Origin: Priapulus caudatus
Lineage: Eukaryota
DNA: 20,000 nt
Direction of reading: 5' to 3'
Assembly (NCBI RefSeq): GCF_000485595.1
Contig: NW_014577068.1
Location: 1,400,096-1,420,095, forward strand
Shown here: positions 1 to 11,225 of the stretch, in pieces
Layout of the letters: every line of letters starts with the position of its first letter
How positions within the stretch are numbered: position 1 is the stretch's first letter
The notes under the pieces: generated by a model
The model's input: the letters and a program-made list of their open reading frames with translations, nothing else
What the model was told of the DNA's origin: nothing
Database searches by the model: none
Position numbers and translations under genes: made by a program

Positions 1-400
1 GGAAATCACGTTTACAAGCATCACACCGTTACGATTGTGCCGCCCCCTCCCACTTACACGTCCCCCGGTCCTGTCTCGCCAGGAGTGTTCTGTTTTAGTC
101 GCGTAGGGTCGTGGTGATCATGAGCGGGCGGGAAAGAATTATTCGCAGGTGGGCGGGTGGGCAGGGGGACGTAGGATAGAACAGACACCTGATTGTCAGC
201 GAGTCGGGGAGAGGGAAGGGTGTGGCGATATCGTGAAAGGGTTTAGCTGTCTCGTTTCCGAACCGCGAGCGAGAAGCGCAACCGAAAAATGCGTGTAAAC
301 TGGAGCAGCGGGGGCAGCTCTATGTGCACAAGAGACGCGCAGATAGAGAGGGTGAGCCCGTTAGGAACACAGTCGGCAAGCGTAGGTTCCCTCCTCCCCC
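1..400 (+). repeat. Third, indel-rich partial copy of the segment at about 13330-13760 / 18818-19250
   Basis: Shares e.g. gattgtgccgccccctcccacttacacgtc, atatcgtgaaagggtttagctgtct and acaagagacgcgcagatagaga with both later copies; differs mainly by small indels; similarity stops at the 21-bp minisatellite. Confidence 0.9.
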
Positions 401-403
401 TCC

Positions 404-977
404 AATCTGATGTCTGCATGCCAGTCTTCTATGTCTGCGTGTCTGTCTGATGTCTGCATGCCAGTCCTCTATGTCTGCGTGTCTGTCTCTGATGTCTGCG
501 TGTCTGTCTTCTATGTCTGCATGTCTGTCTTTTATGTCTGTCTTTTATGTCTGCATGTCTGTCTTTTATGTGTGCATGCCTGTCTCCTATGTGTGCATGC
601 CTGTCTGCTAAGTCTGCTTGCCTGTCTCGTACGTCTGCATGTCTGTCTCCTAAGTCTGCATGTCTGTCTCCAATGTCTGCATGTCTGTCTTCTATGTCTG
701 CATGTCTGTCTTTTATGTCTGCATGTCTGCATGTCTGTCTTTTATGTGTGCATGCCTGTCTCCTATGTGTGCATGCCTGTCTCCTACGTCTGCATGTCTG
801 TCTCCAATGTCTGCATGTCTGTCTTCTATGTCTGCATACCTGTCTGCTATGTCTGCATGTCTGTCTCTAACGTCTGCATGCATGTCTCCTACGTCTGCAT
901 GTCTGGCTGCTATGCGTGTCTCCTATGTGTGCATATCTGCCTGTTGTCTCCATGTCTGTCTGCTATGTGTGCATGTC
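404..977. repeat. 21-bp minisatellite (consensus atgtctgcatgtctgtctcct), roughly 25 units
   Basis: Direct tandem periodicity of 21 nt; the unit is a multiple of 3, explaining the spurious Cys-rich repetitive ORFs on both strands. Confidence 0.95.
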
Positions 978-1826
978 CCGCACAGCTCGCGCCGCACTGT
1001 CCGAGCGTGTTGATCTCGCTCGCTCGGAGCATGAGGTGCTAGGCGCCGGGTCAATTAGCGTGGTTGAAATTCGTAAGAATTGAAGAACTTCGCATCGATT
1101 TTACGCATTCTGACTCAACGGGGTGTGGAGTGGCCAGCATGCTGGCTGTTTGGGGGCAGCAGAAGGTCAAGTGCTGCTCTGCGCGCGTTAATTGTAAATA
1201 AAACAAATTGTAACAAACATTGCATGTGAAACGTCGTCGAGCTCGCAGTCACGGCTTCTGTTTTTCTATTCGTCCTTTCTGAAATTGCACGGCAGTTGTG
1301 TTTATATGTCGCGAACACAAGTTTGCAGGAGCTAGTTGTTCGGCGTAATAAGTATATGATCTCTTATTTTGTGCATGTATAATAGAGAAAGGTATTTTAC
1401 GCTCATCCAACACCTGCTGTGTGTGAGTGTGTGTAAGCCGTGATGGCTTCAGTATTATGGCATAGTATGATCCGTAATTGTTCCATCAGGTAACATTTTC
1501 CAGCAGGAAGTAAGCTAATTTCGGAAATGAAATCATGCGATTATTTATCGTGACCATGCAAATAGTCGAGCAAAGACCTACAGTAGATGTGGCGGTATAT
1601 TGCAATTTCGGAAATTATGCTTTGGTGAACACCACCCGATAAACCAGCTCTATTTAGACACAGCGAACCTATATAGAGGTACAGTGGAGCTAGGAGAGCC
1701 GCCGACAAGCTGTCGCAGACACTAATTTCATTACCCGTATTTGAGTTAGTAGATCTTCATTTGGAAAGTTCTATTCACGCGCTGTTGGGAGTCACTGCTC
1801 CCGCATACACGCTAAAGTGCCACGTG

Positions 1827-1913
1827 AGTGTGTGCGTGCGTGCGTGCGCGGATGGGTGCGTGCGTGCGGGTGGGTGCGTGCGTGCGTGCGTGAGTGTGTA
1901 CGTGCGTGTGGGT
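1827..1913. repeat. Imperfect (TGCG)n/(TG)n microsatellite
   Basis: gtgtgtgcgtgcgtgcgtgcg... directly visible; similar shorter tracts at about 3893-3928 and 4390-4441. Confidence 0.9.
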
Positions 1914-2542
1914 GCAGGGCGGGGTGGCTCTCACCGGCCACTAGCCTTCTAATCTCGCCGTGTATACCCGTCATAATACACTGTGTACTTACATGGCTGT
2001 TTTTTGTAGTTGTTATTGTCTGTTGAAGCTTGTAGTTCCCTCTTGCTATCGTCGAGAGAGCGATGTACGCGGGCAGGATATAGATGGCAGGAGAGAGTGA
2101 AGTACATGCGCTAATCTTGCACATCGATACTTTCGTACACGGTTATTAGTTCGGGAAAGAAGACGGTCACGCGACAGTCCGTTGTCTCGGTATGCTACAC
2201 TGCACATGGTTAGTGGTTTGAAACGCTTTTGTGACGATTAGAACCGTGTTTTTTTCGTGAGGCATCACTTTTTCACAAAGCTATAAGGGAGCTATTGTCA
2301 GCAAACGCCGCTCGGTGGAAGGGGGGGGGGCGAGCTCATCGTTGGTTGTGTAAATAATACACTGTCGTGATCGAACCTGTCCCCAATGATGGTGATACAC
2401 CTGTATGTTTAGTGATCGATTTTGGATAGCGAAGATTGATTTAATACAGCGTGTAATACAACATATATCTGTAAGTAGAAGTGTTATATGCAGGTGAATT
2501 CTTTCGTTTTCCCGCGCAGCTTATCGTTGACCGTGGCTTGCA

Positions 2543-2835
2543 GCTGAGAGGGTCTATGTCCCCCAGGGTACTGCCGGAACCGTACCCTGAGTACGGTCCG
2601 GTATACCGGAACGTACCCTGGTAACTATCTAGCTGATATGGTTAGGGTTAGGGTTAGGGTTAGAGTTAGGGTTAGGGAGTAGGCGTAGGCGTCTCCCTAG
2701 ACTCGTTAGTGTAGTAGGCGAGGTACGGTCCGGCATATTAGATAGTAGTATTTAGTACCAGGGTACGTTCTGGTATACCGTACCGTACCCAGGGTACGTT
2801 CCGGCAGTACCCTGGGGGACATAGACCCTATCAGC
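2543..2835. mobile_element. Non-autonomous TIR element (MITE/foldback) with about 82-bp TIRs, 10-bp TSD and internal (TTAGGG)6
   Basis: Left TIR 2543-2626 (gctgagagggtctatgtcccccagggtactgccggaa...) is the reverse complement of 2754-2835 with about 6 differences; flanked by gtggcttgca (2533-2542) and gtggcgtgca (2836-2845); TTAGGG x5 plus one TTAGAG at 2642-2677. Long TIRs with a 9-10 bp TSD are typical of the Mutator/foldback class (inference). Confidence 0.85.
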
Positions 2836-5212
2836 GTGGCGTGCAGCTTGTATGGGATGCACGTGACGCATATCGGGCTGATAGCAGCCAAACATTAGAT
2901 TTTGTGATCATTGCCCGTGTCCCCGGGATGTATGCATGCGCACGGAATAGACGTGGTGATTTAACACGAATTTATCTTTATTGATTTGGAGCAAGTGTCC
3001 GTACGGCCGTAGAACTGGTGGGCATTTACGTGTAGCGCGATGACTAGATTAAGCACACGATGTGCTGATTAGCATTACAGTCGAGGTGCTACTTGTGAGT
3101 GGTAAAGCCACACATATATATGCAGGCGTAACTACTATACTACTATACTAGGCCAGTAGCTCACTATTACATAAATATTTAACACAGTGCCTAATCAATC
3201 ATTCGCTACGGTTTTGTCTTGTTATCACTAACATTCATACTATTAGAAGTGTTAAAATTTTACTGTTTAGGAAAACTATGAAGCGACGCATTTGGACAGG
3301 CAGTTGTGCATAAATGCTGGTATGATTAGTACGGTAATTAATGTTTGAAATGTGTAATCATTATATTTCAAACCGCACCTCGGACCGTCGTTTTAATGGG
3401 CGTTAAACAGTCAGCGCGAGTGTGACTGTGAGGCCTTTTGAAAGCATAACTATACTAGACTAATTAATTATGCTCCTAGTATGAGCATGCTGCGGTCCGC
3501 CTGGAAAAAGTTGCATTTAAAAATGTTCGAATTTTCGTAAGGTGGAGCCGTTGTATATCGCGTGTTCTTTATGCCCGTGTACTGTTACATGGCAAGAGTT
3601 ACATGCTTCGTCGCGCACTCTCGCGCGAAGCCTATCTTCGCAAACAAGCAAATAATATGTGTAGCAGTATCGGGAATTTATAAACACAGACTGTTTGGGT
3701 CTTTCCAGCAGTTATATTAACCAACCAAGTAGCTGGCTGCTGTGCTTGCGGTTAGGTACCATGTTGAGTCATGGGCTAGGAATGGAATGTATGTGTGGAC
3801 TTCTGTCTAGACAGGGACATTAACGGGGGAAGGGGAGGGCGTAATGCTGTATCTAGAAGCAGCATGAAGAGAAATAAGGCGTTACTGCGGAGCACGCACG
3901 CACGCGCGCACACACACACGCACACACTCGAACATAGCCATAGCTGACAAACTTAGCCAATGGAAGGAGATGGTGACAGAGGAGGTAGTAATTACAGTAA
4001 TACGGCTGAAAGAATGTAGGTGTTACTTTGAATACTGACGGTAAGGATGAAGATAATGGCAATCGCTACAAGCTTAGTTACCCTGCCCCCACCCACGCCT
4101 GGCTCCTCTCTCGCTACCCGCCGAATTCCAGCGGTTAGTAAGTGGTTTCAGGCCCGCACACGAGCAGATCGAGGAAGCATGCTGCGTGTGACAAAGCGCT
4201 GCCTCTATTAGTGCCGTGACAATGACCACGTTACGCTGGCGGGTTATCCGGACATTTCTCACATGAGCACTAATCAATACTTAACGATGTTTTGGGGCGT
4301 ATGATGACTTTAAAGCGAAGGAAGGTTTCCTCCACTCGTAGCAGGAGTATACTGGAGGGTTCTCTCACTCTTTACCTGCTGCCGCTCGGGTGCGTGCGTG
4401 TACGTGTGCGTGTACGTGTGCGTGTGCGTGCGCGCGTGTGTACATTTACGTGCCGCTGTTTCAACTGGTACAGTAAAAGCACGTACTCTCCGCGCCTCCG
4501 TTTGGCTGGTGTAGTTCAAACGGTTTTTTAAGAAATTTGATCCGGGAGCAGCGTGAGGATTAAAGTTGGTTGAACTGTCTTCCAGATGTTGGCGTGCTGT
4601 GAAGCGGATTTTCAATTGAGCGTCGCCGTTGGCGTGTCATAACTCGGCTGTGTGGCGGGCTAGCAGGTTGAGCTCAATTTTAAATTGCATTCTTTCATCT
4701 GCCATCTGTAATTTGCTGGTTACGGCGAGCGAGCTCCTATTTCGTGTCTGCGTTTACAGTGGTAGCCAGTGTGTGCATGCGACGCGGTCCGCGCTTTCTG
4801 GCCAACCAAGTTGAACAGGTGTTGTTTGATATACATTTTTCCTTGCTTTTCGAGCCTCATAAAAAAGTGGCCCCCAAGTGACATGATAGTTCAATTTCTG
4901 TGGGAAAGTTTGCTGTCTGCATCACATCAGATAGCCATCAAGTGGCGTTGCTTCTCTTTTTTTCGGACGGCCGCGCCTCGCGACTATAGGTTGGGAGCAA
5001 ATTTCAGGTTCCAATTCTACAGCGAGCAGCAATTAAAAAAGTTTTGCATTCAAAACTGGGTTGCACAATTAAAATTTTATGCCTTGGGTAATCTATGCGT
5101 GATGATGGGGGTGTAACAGCTCTAGCCAATGAGAGGCCGTGGCAATCGAGCTGCCCTGTTGTTTTCTTGCATGCCCGGGTGCGCAGCAAGCGTCATTAAT
5201 TATAGTAATCAA

Positions 5213-5573
5213 TTAGACGAGACGAACCGTGCTTCAGCCACGGTGTGGCCATGAGAACAATACAGTGGGGCTGAGGTCCGGGGTCGCTCGCGTAAATCTA
5301 CGCATATTGCAGCAATTAATCGTAAAACTATACGTTTGTTTTTGAAACTATCCTGCTCGTATGTCTCACTCTTGCTCTTGCTTTTGTCGCTCTTGTGTCT
5401 CTCGTTTTCCACTCTCGTTTTCCACTCTCGGTTTCTGCTACAGCGGTTGATATTACGCCCGGAACTTAGAGACATGGTGATTTTTTGATAGTCGTCAAAA
5501 TTTAAACTTTACTCTGTATAGCTTGCACAGTGATTGTAGTGATGAGGAGTCGTATAGTTCTGACAGCCCAGTA

Positions 5574-5615
<42 letters not shown>

Positions 5616-5650
5616 TAACTCGAATCTGTGCATGCACGGGCAGTCTCTTG
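5213..5650. mobile_element. Helitron-like non-autonomous remnant(s)
   Basis: Minus strand at 5213-5244: GC hairpin accgtg-gctgaag-cacggt, 9-nt spacer, then CTAA|T (CTRR-type 3' end). (TA)n at 5577-5617. Plus strand: palindrome gtgcatgcac (5628-5637) followed by CTTG|T (5647-5651), a degenerate second 3' end. ATCTATATATAT at about 5901 resembles a 5' TC terminus. Confidence 0.45.
5577..5617. repeat. (TA)n microsatellite
   Basis: About 16 perfect TA units plus a short imperfect extension; a second TA tract at about 5904-5927. Confidence 0.95.
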
Positions 5651-7962
5651 TTTCTTAGTGTTCATGCTTGATGAACTCTACCTGCTTTGAAATCGATATT
5701 CGTGATGCCCACTGTTTGGATCAAGTTAAATGTAAATTGTCTGTGAAATGTGATGAGTGATAAGCGGTTAGCGTTGAAGCAGCTTGCCCATATCGGGGGG
5801 GGGGGGGCATTAGTTAGCATTTCTCTCGCAAGTCCGACAGACGAGTGTGACGTAGCTACTGGGTGTATGCACTAAATGCTGAAAATTGTGAAATTCATCG
5901 ATCTATATATATATATTTATATATATAGTGTTCGTGTACCAATAAATCATGTACGTTGATTGCTCAATGAAAAGTTCTTGAGGAGGCTGCGTGAGCTTTG
6001 TGACGTCATCTGCCCACTCGTTATTGTCTCCGCAGTAATGGTTGGTTAGTAGGTGAAATCATAGAAGAATGTTACGTGACAATGTTTATGGTACATGGAT
6101 ATAGGAAAATATAAGCAAGTGGCACTGGTAATTACCTACTGATCACCGCTTTTGACTTGCTATGTAGCAGTCAGGACTCGTGGCAATAAACGGTGGAGGC
6201 CACAGCAAATGCTAGCTGATTATCTCCATGATGCCTCCGAATTTGAGTAGGTTGACGTGGGAGGCTTTAAGGAAAATACTTAACAATTTTGCCATGTTCG
6301 ATGGCAATTGAAATTAAATGATTCAATTGATGGTAAAGCTGCTGTGTGTAAACGCACAATTCTTGATTTCACCTGAAAGAAAACTTTAATATATTTGTTG
6401 GGTTAGCTTATCTATCTGCTATTTCATGTTGGTAACGAGAGTTTTTTTCTTCAAATGTAATGTAATAAATCAACTGAAAGATGAAGTTGAAACACCGTAT
6501 GATAGATAGATGATAACACTGCATTTGTCAATAAAAGCTTACACCTGCATAAATCCTACATGTAACTATAACGTAGAAAATTCCCCCAACCTAATTCCAT
6601 TTTTCTGGTATATAACACCAGTATGCATTGTAAATTCGGTGTCATTGCGTGCAGCAAGTAACTTTTCCATCGCGCACTTTATTTGTATTAGGCTCTCTAA
6701 AATATGTATCCAATTAATTAGCCATCGTCCGTTACAGACCTTTGACTCTAAGTAAAATATCCGGCAGTGAGTCATCTAAAAGAATATTTTGGTAACCATT
6801 GCCGAGCGGTAAGCCCGTTTAAAATGGTCATGGTTGCCAGGTTAGATTACTTCTGCATTCTCTGAGCAAATAGGTGGCAGTGGGTTGATTCTGTCTAGAC
6901 AGTTTGCACTTTAATACACTGCCAACTGTCTGGTGGCCCCGTTTTTTGCTGTCACTGAACTCACTACTGAATGTCAGGTGTGGGTTGATCATAGTTTGTA
7001 CTTTGCGTTATCATACATGATGGAACAACATGTTCATAAAGATGTCAAATAAACACGCACACTCGCTCCTGCGCACAGCCGTAGCATCGGAAAGCACACG
7101 CGTTGACACCCTATATGCATAAAATCATACATGGGCCAGGTGCTATCTGTAAAGCTCAAGTGAGAGCGAGTCAAATTCATTGTTTCGGTCGGTTTCTAGG
7201 CAAGGTCCTATTGCTTTGTTTGCCGTTGCATTCTTTTAAAGGATGTGAATAAATAAAGCGAGTAATTTTTAATGTGCATATAGATAGTCGGCTGACTATG
7301 TGGCAAGGTGGTTGTTAGGTTGGCGAACACTTCGGCTTTTGTTATTTACTCGCTCGTGAAATTGCCGCCTGCAGATTAATCTTGAGACTTTGCAGGTAGT
7401 CGGTGAGTTTTTCCCCGAAGCCGCACTAATTGTTTTCTCGGTCTCAGTAACAGACGGTTTTTAGGAAAGCGGTGGTATCCACCATTGTACTTATGAATTA
7501 TAAAAATCCTCGGGCATGTAGAATGGCACTGGAGCATTTCCACAGTCTTTCAAGTCACTCTCCCGGCATCCTTTGCTGAACTCCTTTAATTAGTTTGCAT
7601 GAATAATGAACTGGCGAGAGGAATTAAAAATTGAGCGATTTTGACGTATTCGCGCACGAATTGGCCGTTGGAAGACGGTGCGCCGAGGAGCCAGGGAGCG
7701 CCGCCATCCGCCTTTGTCCGGAGTCACAGATATTGCGATGCATATCACGTCGTGTGTGTAGCCATGTTGAGATGAGGTCTGGCGGCGCAGTTGTCTCGAG
7801 TGAGGATCACACACACTGTGGCTCTCTGCAACCGGTTACTCAACCTTGATCTATCACTCGCACATGATCTCCTCGCCTTTTTTAATGTCTTCGCCGACCA
7901 TATCAACTGCGGTTTATCAACTAGTGTGTAGTTTTTAATTCGATGCGGCGAAGTTCTTGTTA

Positions 7963-7990
7963 CGGCCGCCGCGCGGCGGCCGCCATGTTT
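7963..7990. promoter_or_regulatory. GC-rich candidate promoter element: perfect 20-bp palindrome overlapping a YY1-like motif
   Basis: cggccgccgcgcggcggccg (7963-7982) equals its own reverse complement; gccgccatgttt (7979-7990) fits the YY1 consensus CCGCCATNTT; lies about 260 nt upstream of the putative muscleblind ATG. Confidence 0.35.
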
Positions 7991-8240
7991 TCGCGCGCTT
8001 TGTACGCGGGCGGCTTTGTTTCGACAAGACGCTGCTCACTTGTTTTGTGGTTTTCTCAGCGTGCGGAGATTCTGCTGGCAATTGCGTTTTGCATGTCCTG
8101 GACGTTAGTCGTGTCTGACTGTGATAGCACCAGGCAGCGATGTGAAAAAAGCCATTGAGCAGTGAATTCGGTGCATGCGTGGTTGCCTGCTGCCATCCGT
8201 GCAGCAGGCTTCACAGCTCTGAGGATGTAGGCAGGGCCGC

Positions 8241-8478
8241 ATGGATGCTGTACACGCTGCTGCGCTAGCAGCCAGACATGCTCGTGGTTTATGTGTACTC
8301 GTCACTCCAGCCGGCAAGTGTGCAAAAAACGCCAAAACGCCTGCTTCTTCCACCAATCAGCATACTAGATGTCGGCCGCAACGGTGGGATGTGCTTGCAT
8401 GTGTTTAGCCGTGAGGTGCTTACTCAGCAGACCATCTATCGTGTGCATCACCCTACTGAGATTAATGGAAAACGTCAT
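8241..8478 (+). CDS. mbl: Muscleblind-like (MBNL) first coding exon, ZF1-ZF2 region; frame-disrupted as assembled
   Basis: Kozak-like gccgcATGG; MDAVHAAALAARHA..., then in shifting frames AGKC, CFFH (8342-8353), RNG, VLAC, HHP and EINGKRH (8458-8478). These are collinear with MBNL RDTKW..CREFQRGTC..CKFAHP..NGRVIAC..HPP..LEINGRNN as I recall it. Canonical donor GTGAGT at 8479; candidate acceptor ttttctcAG at 8058-8059. Shorter than expected by roughly 30 nt. Confidence 0.65.
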
Positions 8479-9164
8479 GTGAGTGTATACACTGCTTAGG
8501 TTTATCGACGTATTTTCCGATCATGATGGTTTCGTTTATCGAGACATTGACTGAATTGTGGCTGTTGTGGCGTTTCGTGGTAGTACTAAGTAGTCGTTAT
8601 CGCATTGAATCGTCTAAGTAAGTTAAGTGACATGACGCTAGTAAATGAATTGCATAATATAATAAGTACCTGGATATTAGGTCTGTAAACCATGGTTTTC
8701 CGATATTACATCTATTAGGTTGCATGCTTGGAGCATTAATTGGAAGTTCCTTTACTGCAAAACTTTCTGGAACCGATTGTAGTTCAGTCTGAGAGAGACT
8801 CGCGTGTACTGTCGATATTACTGTTAAAAGTACATATTTGTGCGCTCCCTCCCTCCCATGTATCAAAAAAGGGGCAGTTGCTTCAAAAATTGCAACAATA
8901 AATTAGTGTTTAACCAGCTCAAGGTGGATATTCAAAATTCATAGCTAGACCACCGTCTTTGTATTGTGCGTATTACATATTGGCTGCATGTGGCGGCATG
9001 TCAACATTTCAACTCGTGATAAACAAAATGTGTATCTGACTGCCACTGCCTGTTTATGTGCAACGCTTTGTACATGCATGGTGCTCTTAGAAAATATAGC
9101 TTAATTTGTGCTAATAATTATTTCTGGTGTACAATCGGGACCGAATGTGCATGTTCATTCATAG

Positions 9165-9194
9165 CTTAGAGTGGCAAGCAGCACAGATGCCATG
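9165..9194 (+). CDS. mbl: Candidate 30-nt linker exon (LRVASSTDAM)
   Basis: Acceptor ttcattcatAG, donor G|GTTGTG, phase 0/0 compatible with flanking exons; no diagnostic motif. Confidence 0.3.
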
Positions 9195-9279
9195 GTTGTG
9201 ATTGAACTTAGTAAAAATCACAACGAGTATAGTACTGATTGTGAAAATTGCAAAATGTAATTTGTATATTAAGTTCTAG

Positions 9280-9410
9280 TTAGATGTCTTGATCACGCCA
9301 TCTTCTTCTTATTTGCCTTATTCACCCTCAACGTCTCTCATACACGCTACCCAGCCTCCCACGTCTCTCGTGAATGAGTACGCATCAAATCTTTACAGTT
9401 ACCCCCCCGT
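9280..9410 (+). CDS. mbl: Muscleblind-like P/S/T/Y-rich linker exon
   Basis: Acceptor ttctAG (9278-9279), open frame LDVLITPSSSYLPYSPSTSLIHATQPPTSLVNEYASNLYSYPP, donor GTGAGT at 9411; ends in phase 2, which places the next exon in its zinc-finger frame. Confidence 0.65.
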
Positions 9411-9720
9411 GTGAGTGCTCGTGAGATTCTGCTAGTTTTATTGCGCCAGTGTCACAGACAACGACCAGAGAACTAAATATAGATAAATAATGCTAACGCG
9501 CGAATTCCAGACAGGTTGCATTTTACAGGGTACAATCTCGAAGCTGTATGCATGTGGAATATAGATATAGCGCTGCACACCAGATTGCAATTTTTATTCG
9601 CAGTACCTGCGTGCCAATATGACACTGTGGCTTGCACAGGATATTTGCTGGAGGTTTACCCGTTGCAGTAGGCATTAGTAGGTGTAAGCTACCTGACCAA
9701 CGCGTGTCTGCTTGTTTTAG

Positions 9721-9842
9721 ATGCAACTCGGAGACACATCAGTACCCGGATGCTGGTCAGTCAGCCACCTGCCACACCAGTGTGTGCAGTGACAACCGTT
9801 AGGGGAACTGTCAACGAGGACGTGTCTGCAAGTTCTCATTCG
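9721..9842 (+). CDS. mbl: Muscleblind-like ZF3 (CCCH) exon
   Basis: Acceptor cttgttttAG, donor G|GTAAGT. Reads ...VCSDNR*GNCQRGRVCKFS, with CAT TCG (HS) one frame off; compare MBNL ZF3 [22 protein letters not shown]. The TAG (9800-9802) and final shift can be repaired by homopolymer-length corrections. Confidence 0.75.
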
Positions 9843-9885
9843 GTAAGTGTTGCCGCAAACGCGTATTAGGTATTTCAGTGGAAAC

Positions 9886-10052
9886 AACTCACCGATATTA
9901 GTGAACGAAAGAACTCACCGATATTAGTGAACGAAAGAACTCACCGATATTAGTGAACGAAAGAACTCACACCGATATTAGTGAACGAAAGAACTCCAAT
10001 TACGGCGATATTAGTGAACGAGAGAACTCACGACGATATTAGTGAACGAGAT
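9886..10052. repeat. 26-bp tandem repeat (accgatattagtgaacgaaagaactc), 6 units
   Basis: Units at 9891, 9917, 9943, 9971 and two degenerate ones; a 4-unit copy at 15412-15510. Confidence 0.95.
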
Positions 10053-11225
10053 AAGTTCGTGAAGATGATTTGTGTTCTAGGTGAGATTGCGAGCAATTTA
10101 TAACTTACCGCCTTGTTCTGTTCTTGGATTAGGCAAGCCTGTCACATATCTGTGTGGTGGCGCATCTCATTGTCTCCTCGTGGCTGCACTTCATTACAGA
10201 TACTTGGGGTTGAGAGAACATTTGTGACTGGCAGTCAGATATTTTATATATTACGGTATTCGTAGATAATTCATGTTATCAGGATTTATTAGAAGCTAGA
10301 GCTCAGTAGCTACATGAGAAGTGTTGCAGCAGCATGCTGCCTAGCACTGCGCTGCCAATATTGCAGAGTCTGTTTGTAAAGGGTTATATAACATGCTAGT
10401 GTGAGAGGTTGCTCTTGCAGCGCACCTTATCGAAGGCAGATGTAGGTTCCGTGGGTTTCTCTGTTTGTTGGCACACGTTTTGCATTTAGTGGACTTTGTT
10501 TACTGCTTTCAAGTTTATAATTATCCCTAGGAGGTCATGTCTAGGATGTAACCTCCACCAGATACCGCCGGTTCTCCCGTCTGTGAAACGTCCTCATAGT
10601 GGCTGGCTGAGGGGCGAGCGGAAACTGTCTTCTAACTTCCTGACATTCACACATTTGAAGGGCTGTCTGGATCTGTCGTTAAAATACTGCTAGTGTGTGT
10701 TTGAATAGACATTACAGTTGAGATGAGTGCGTATGCATATATAGCTATCAGTAATCTTAATAAACATTGTCAATTTATTCAAAAAAGTAAACGGGTAAAA
10801 CACGTGTTGAAATAAGCTGCAGTTGCTAAAATCGTGTAGTCAATGGGCGTCATGTGAAAATTGTAAGAAGTATTCAGATTGCAACTAATTCTACAGCAGA
10901 AAAGCCAAAATGAGACAAGTGATCAGTGTCCAACCATGCGTTCAGTCTTTATTGTGTCCTGGCTGTGTTGTACTATTTATTATTGTGTATATAGGCCCTA
11001 CTTGCTACTTGCTCTAGAGTGACTGCCATGATCATACTGTCTTTGTTGAATTTCAATTTAATCCATGTAGCCCAGCATTCATCGTCTGCCCTTACCCCGT
11101 ACGGGAAGGTATTTGATGTGCCATATCTTGATTTTGTATGTACTGAATGTGAGGGTTAAACTGCTGATACCATTCTCATTGATATGCTGAGCAAACTGCT
11201 GACTATATCTATTTTATTCTAGTAG

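Noticed and set aside
410..1042. 210-aa Cys-rich ORF and overlapping ORFs (metallothionein- or keratin-associated-like look)
   Set aside because: Product of a 21-bp minisatellite that stays open in several frames on both strands; no splice or domain support.
2642..2677. True telomere or chromosome fusion site
   Set aside because: Only six units, single orientation, enclosed in TIRs with a TSD.
9800..9802. Programmed stop-codon readthrough or alternative genetic code at the in-frame TAG in ZF3
   Set aside because: Explained more simply by two compensating homopolymer errors (cc, gggg) in a visibly indel-rich assembly.
9886..10052. CRISPR-like array or hammerhead ribozyme repeat
   Set aside because: Head-to-tail units with no unique spacers, no cas genes, eukaryotic context, and no CTGATGA core.
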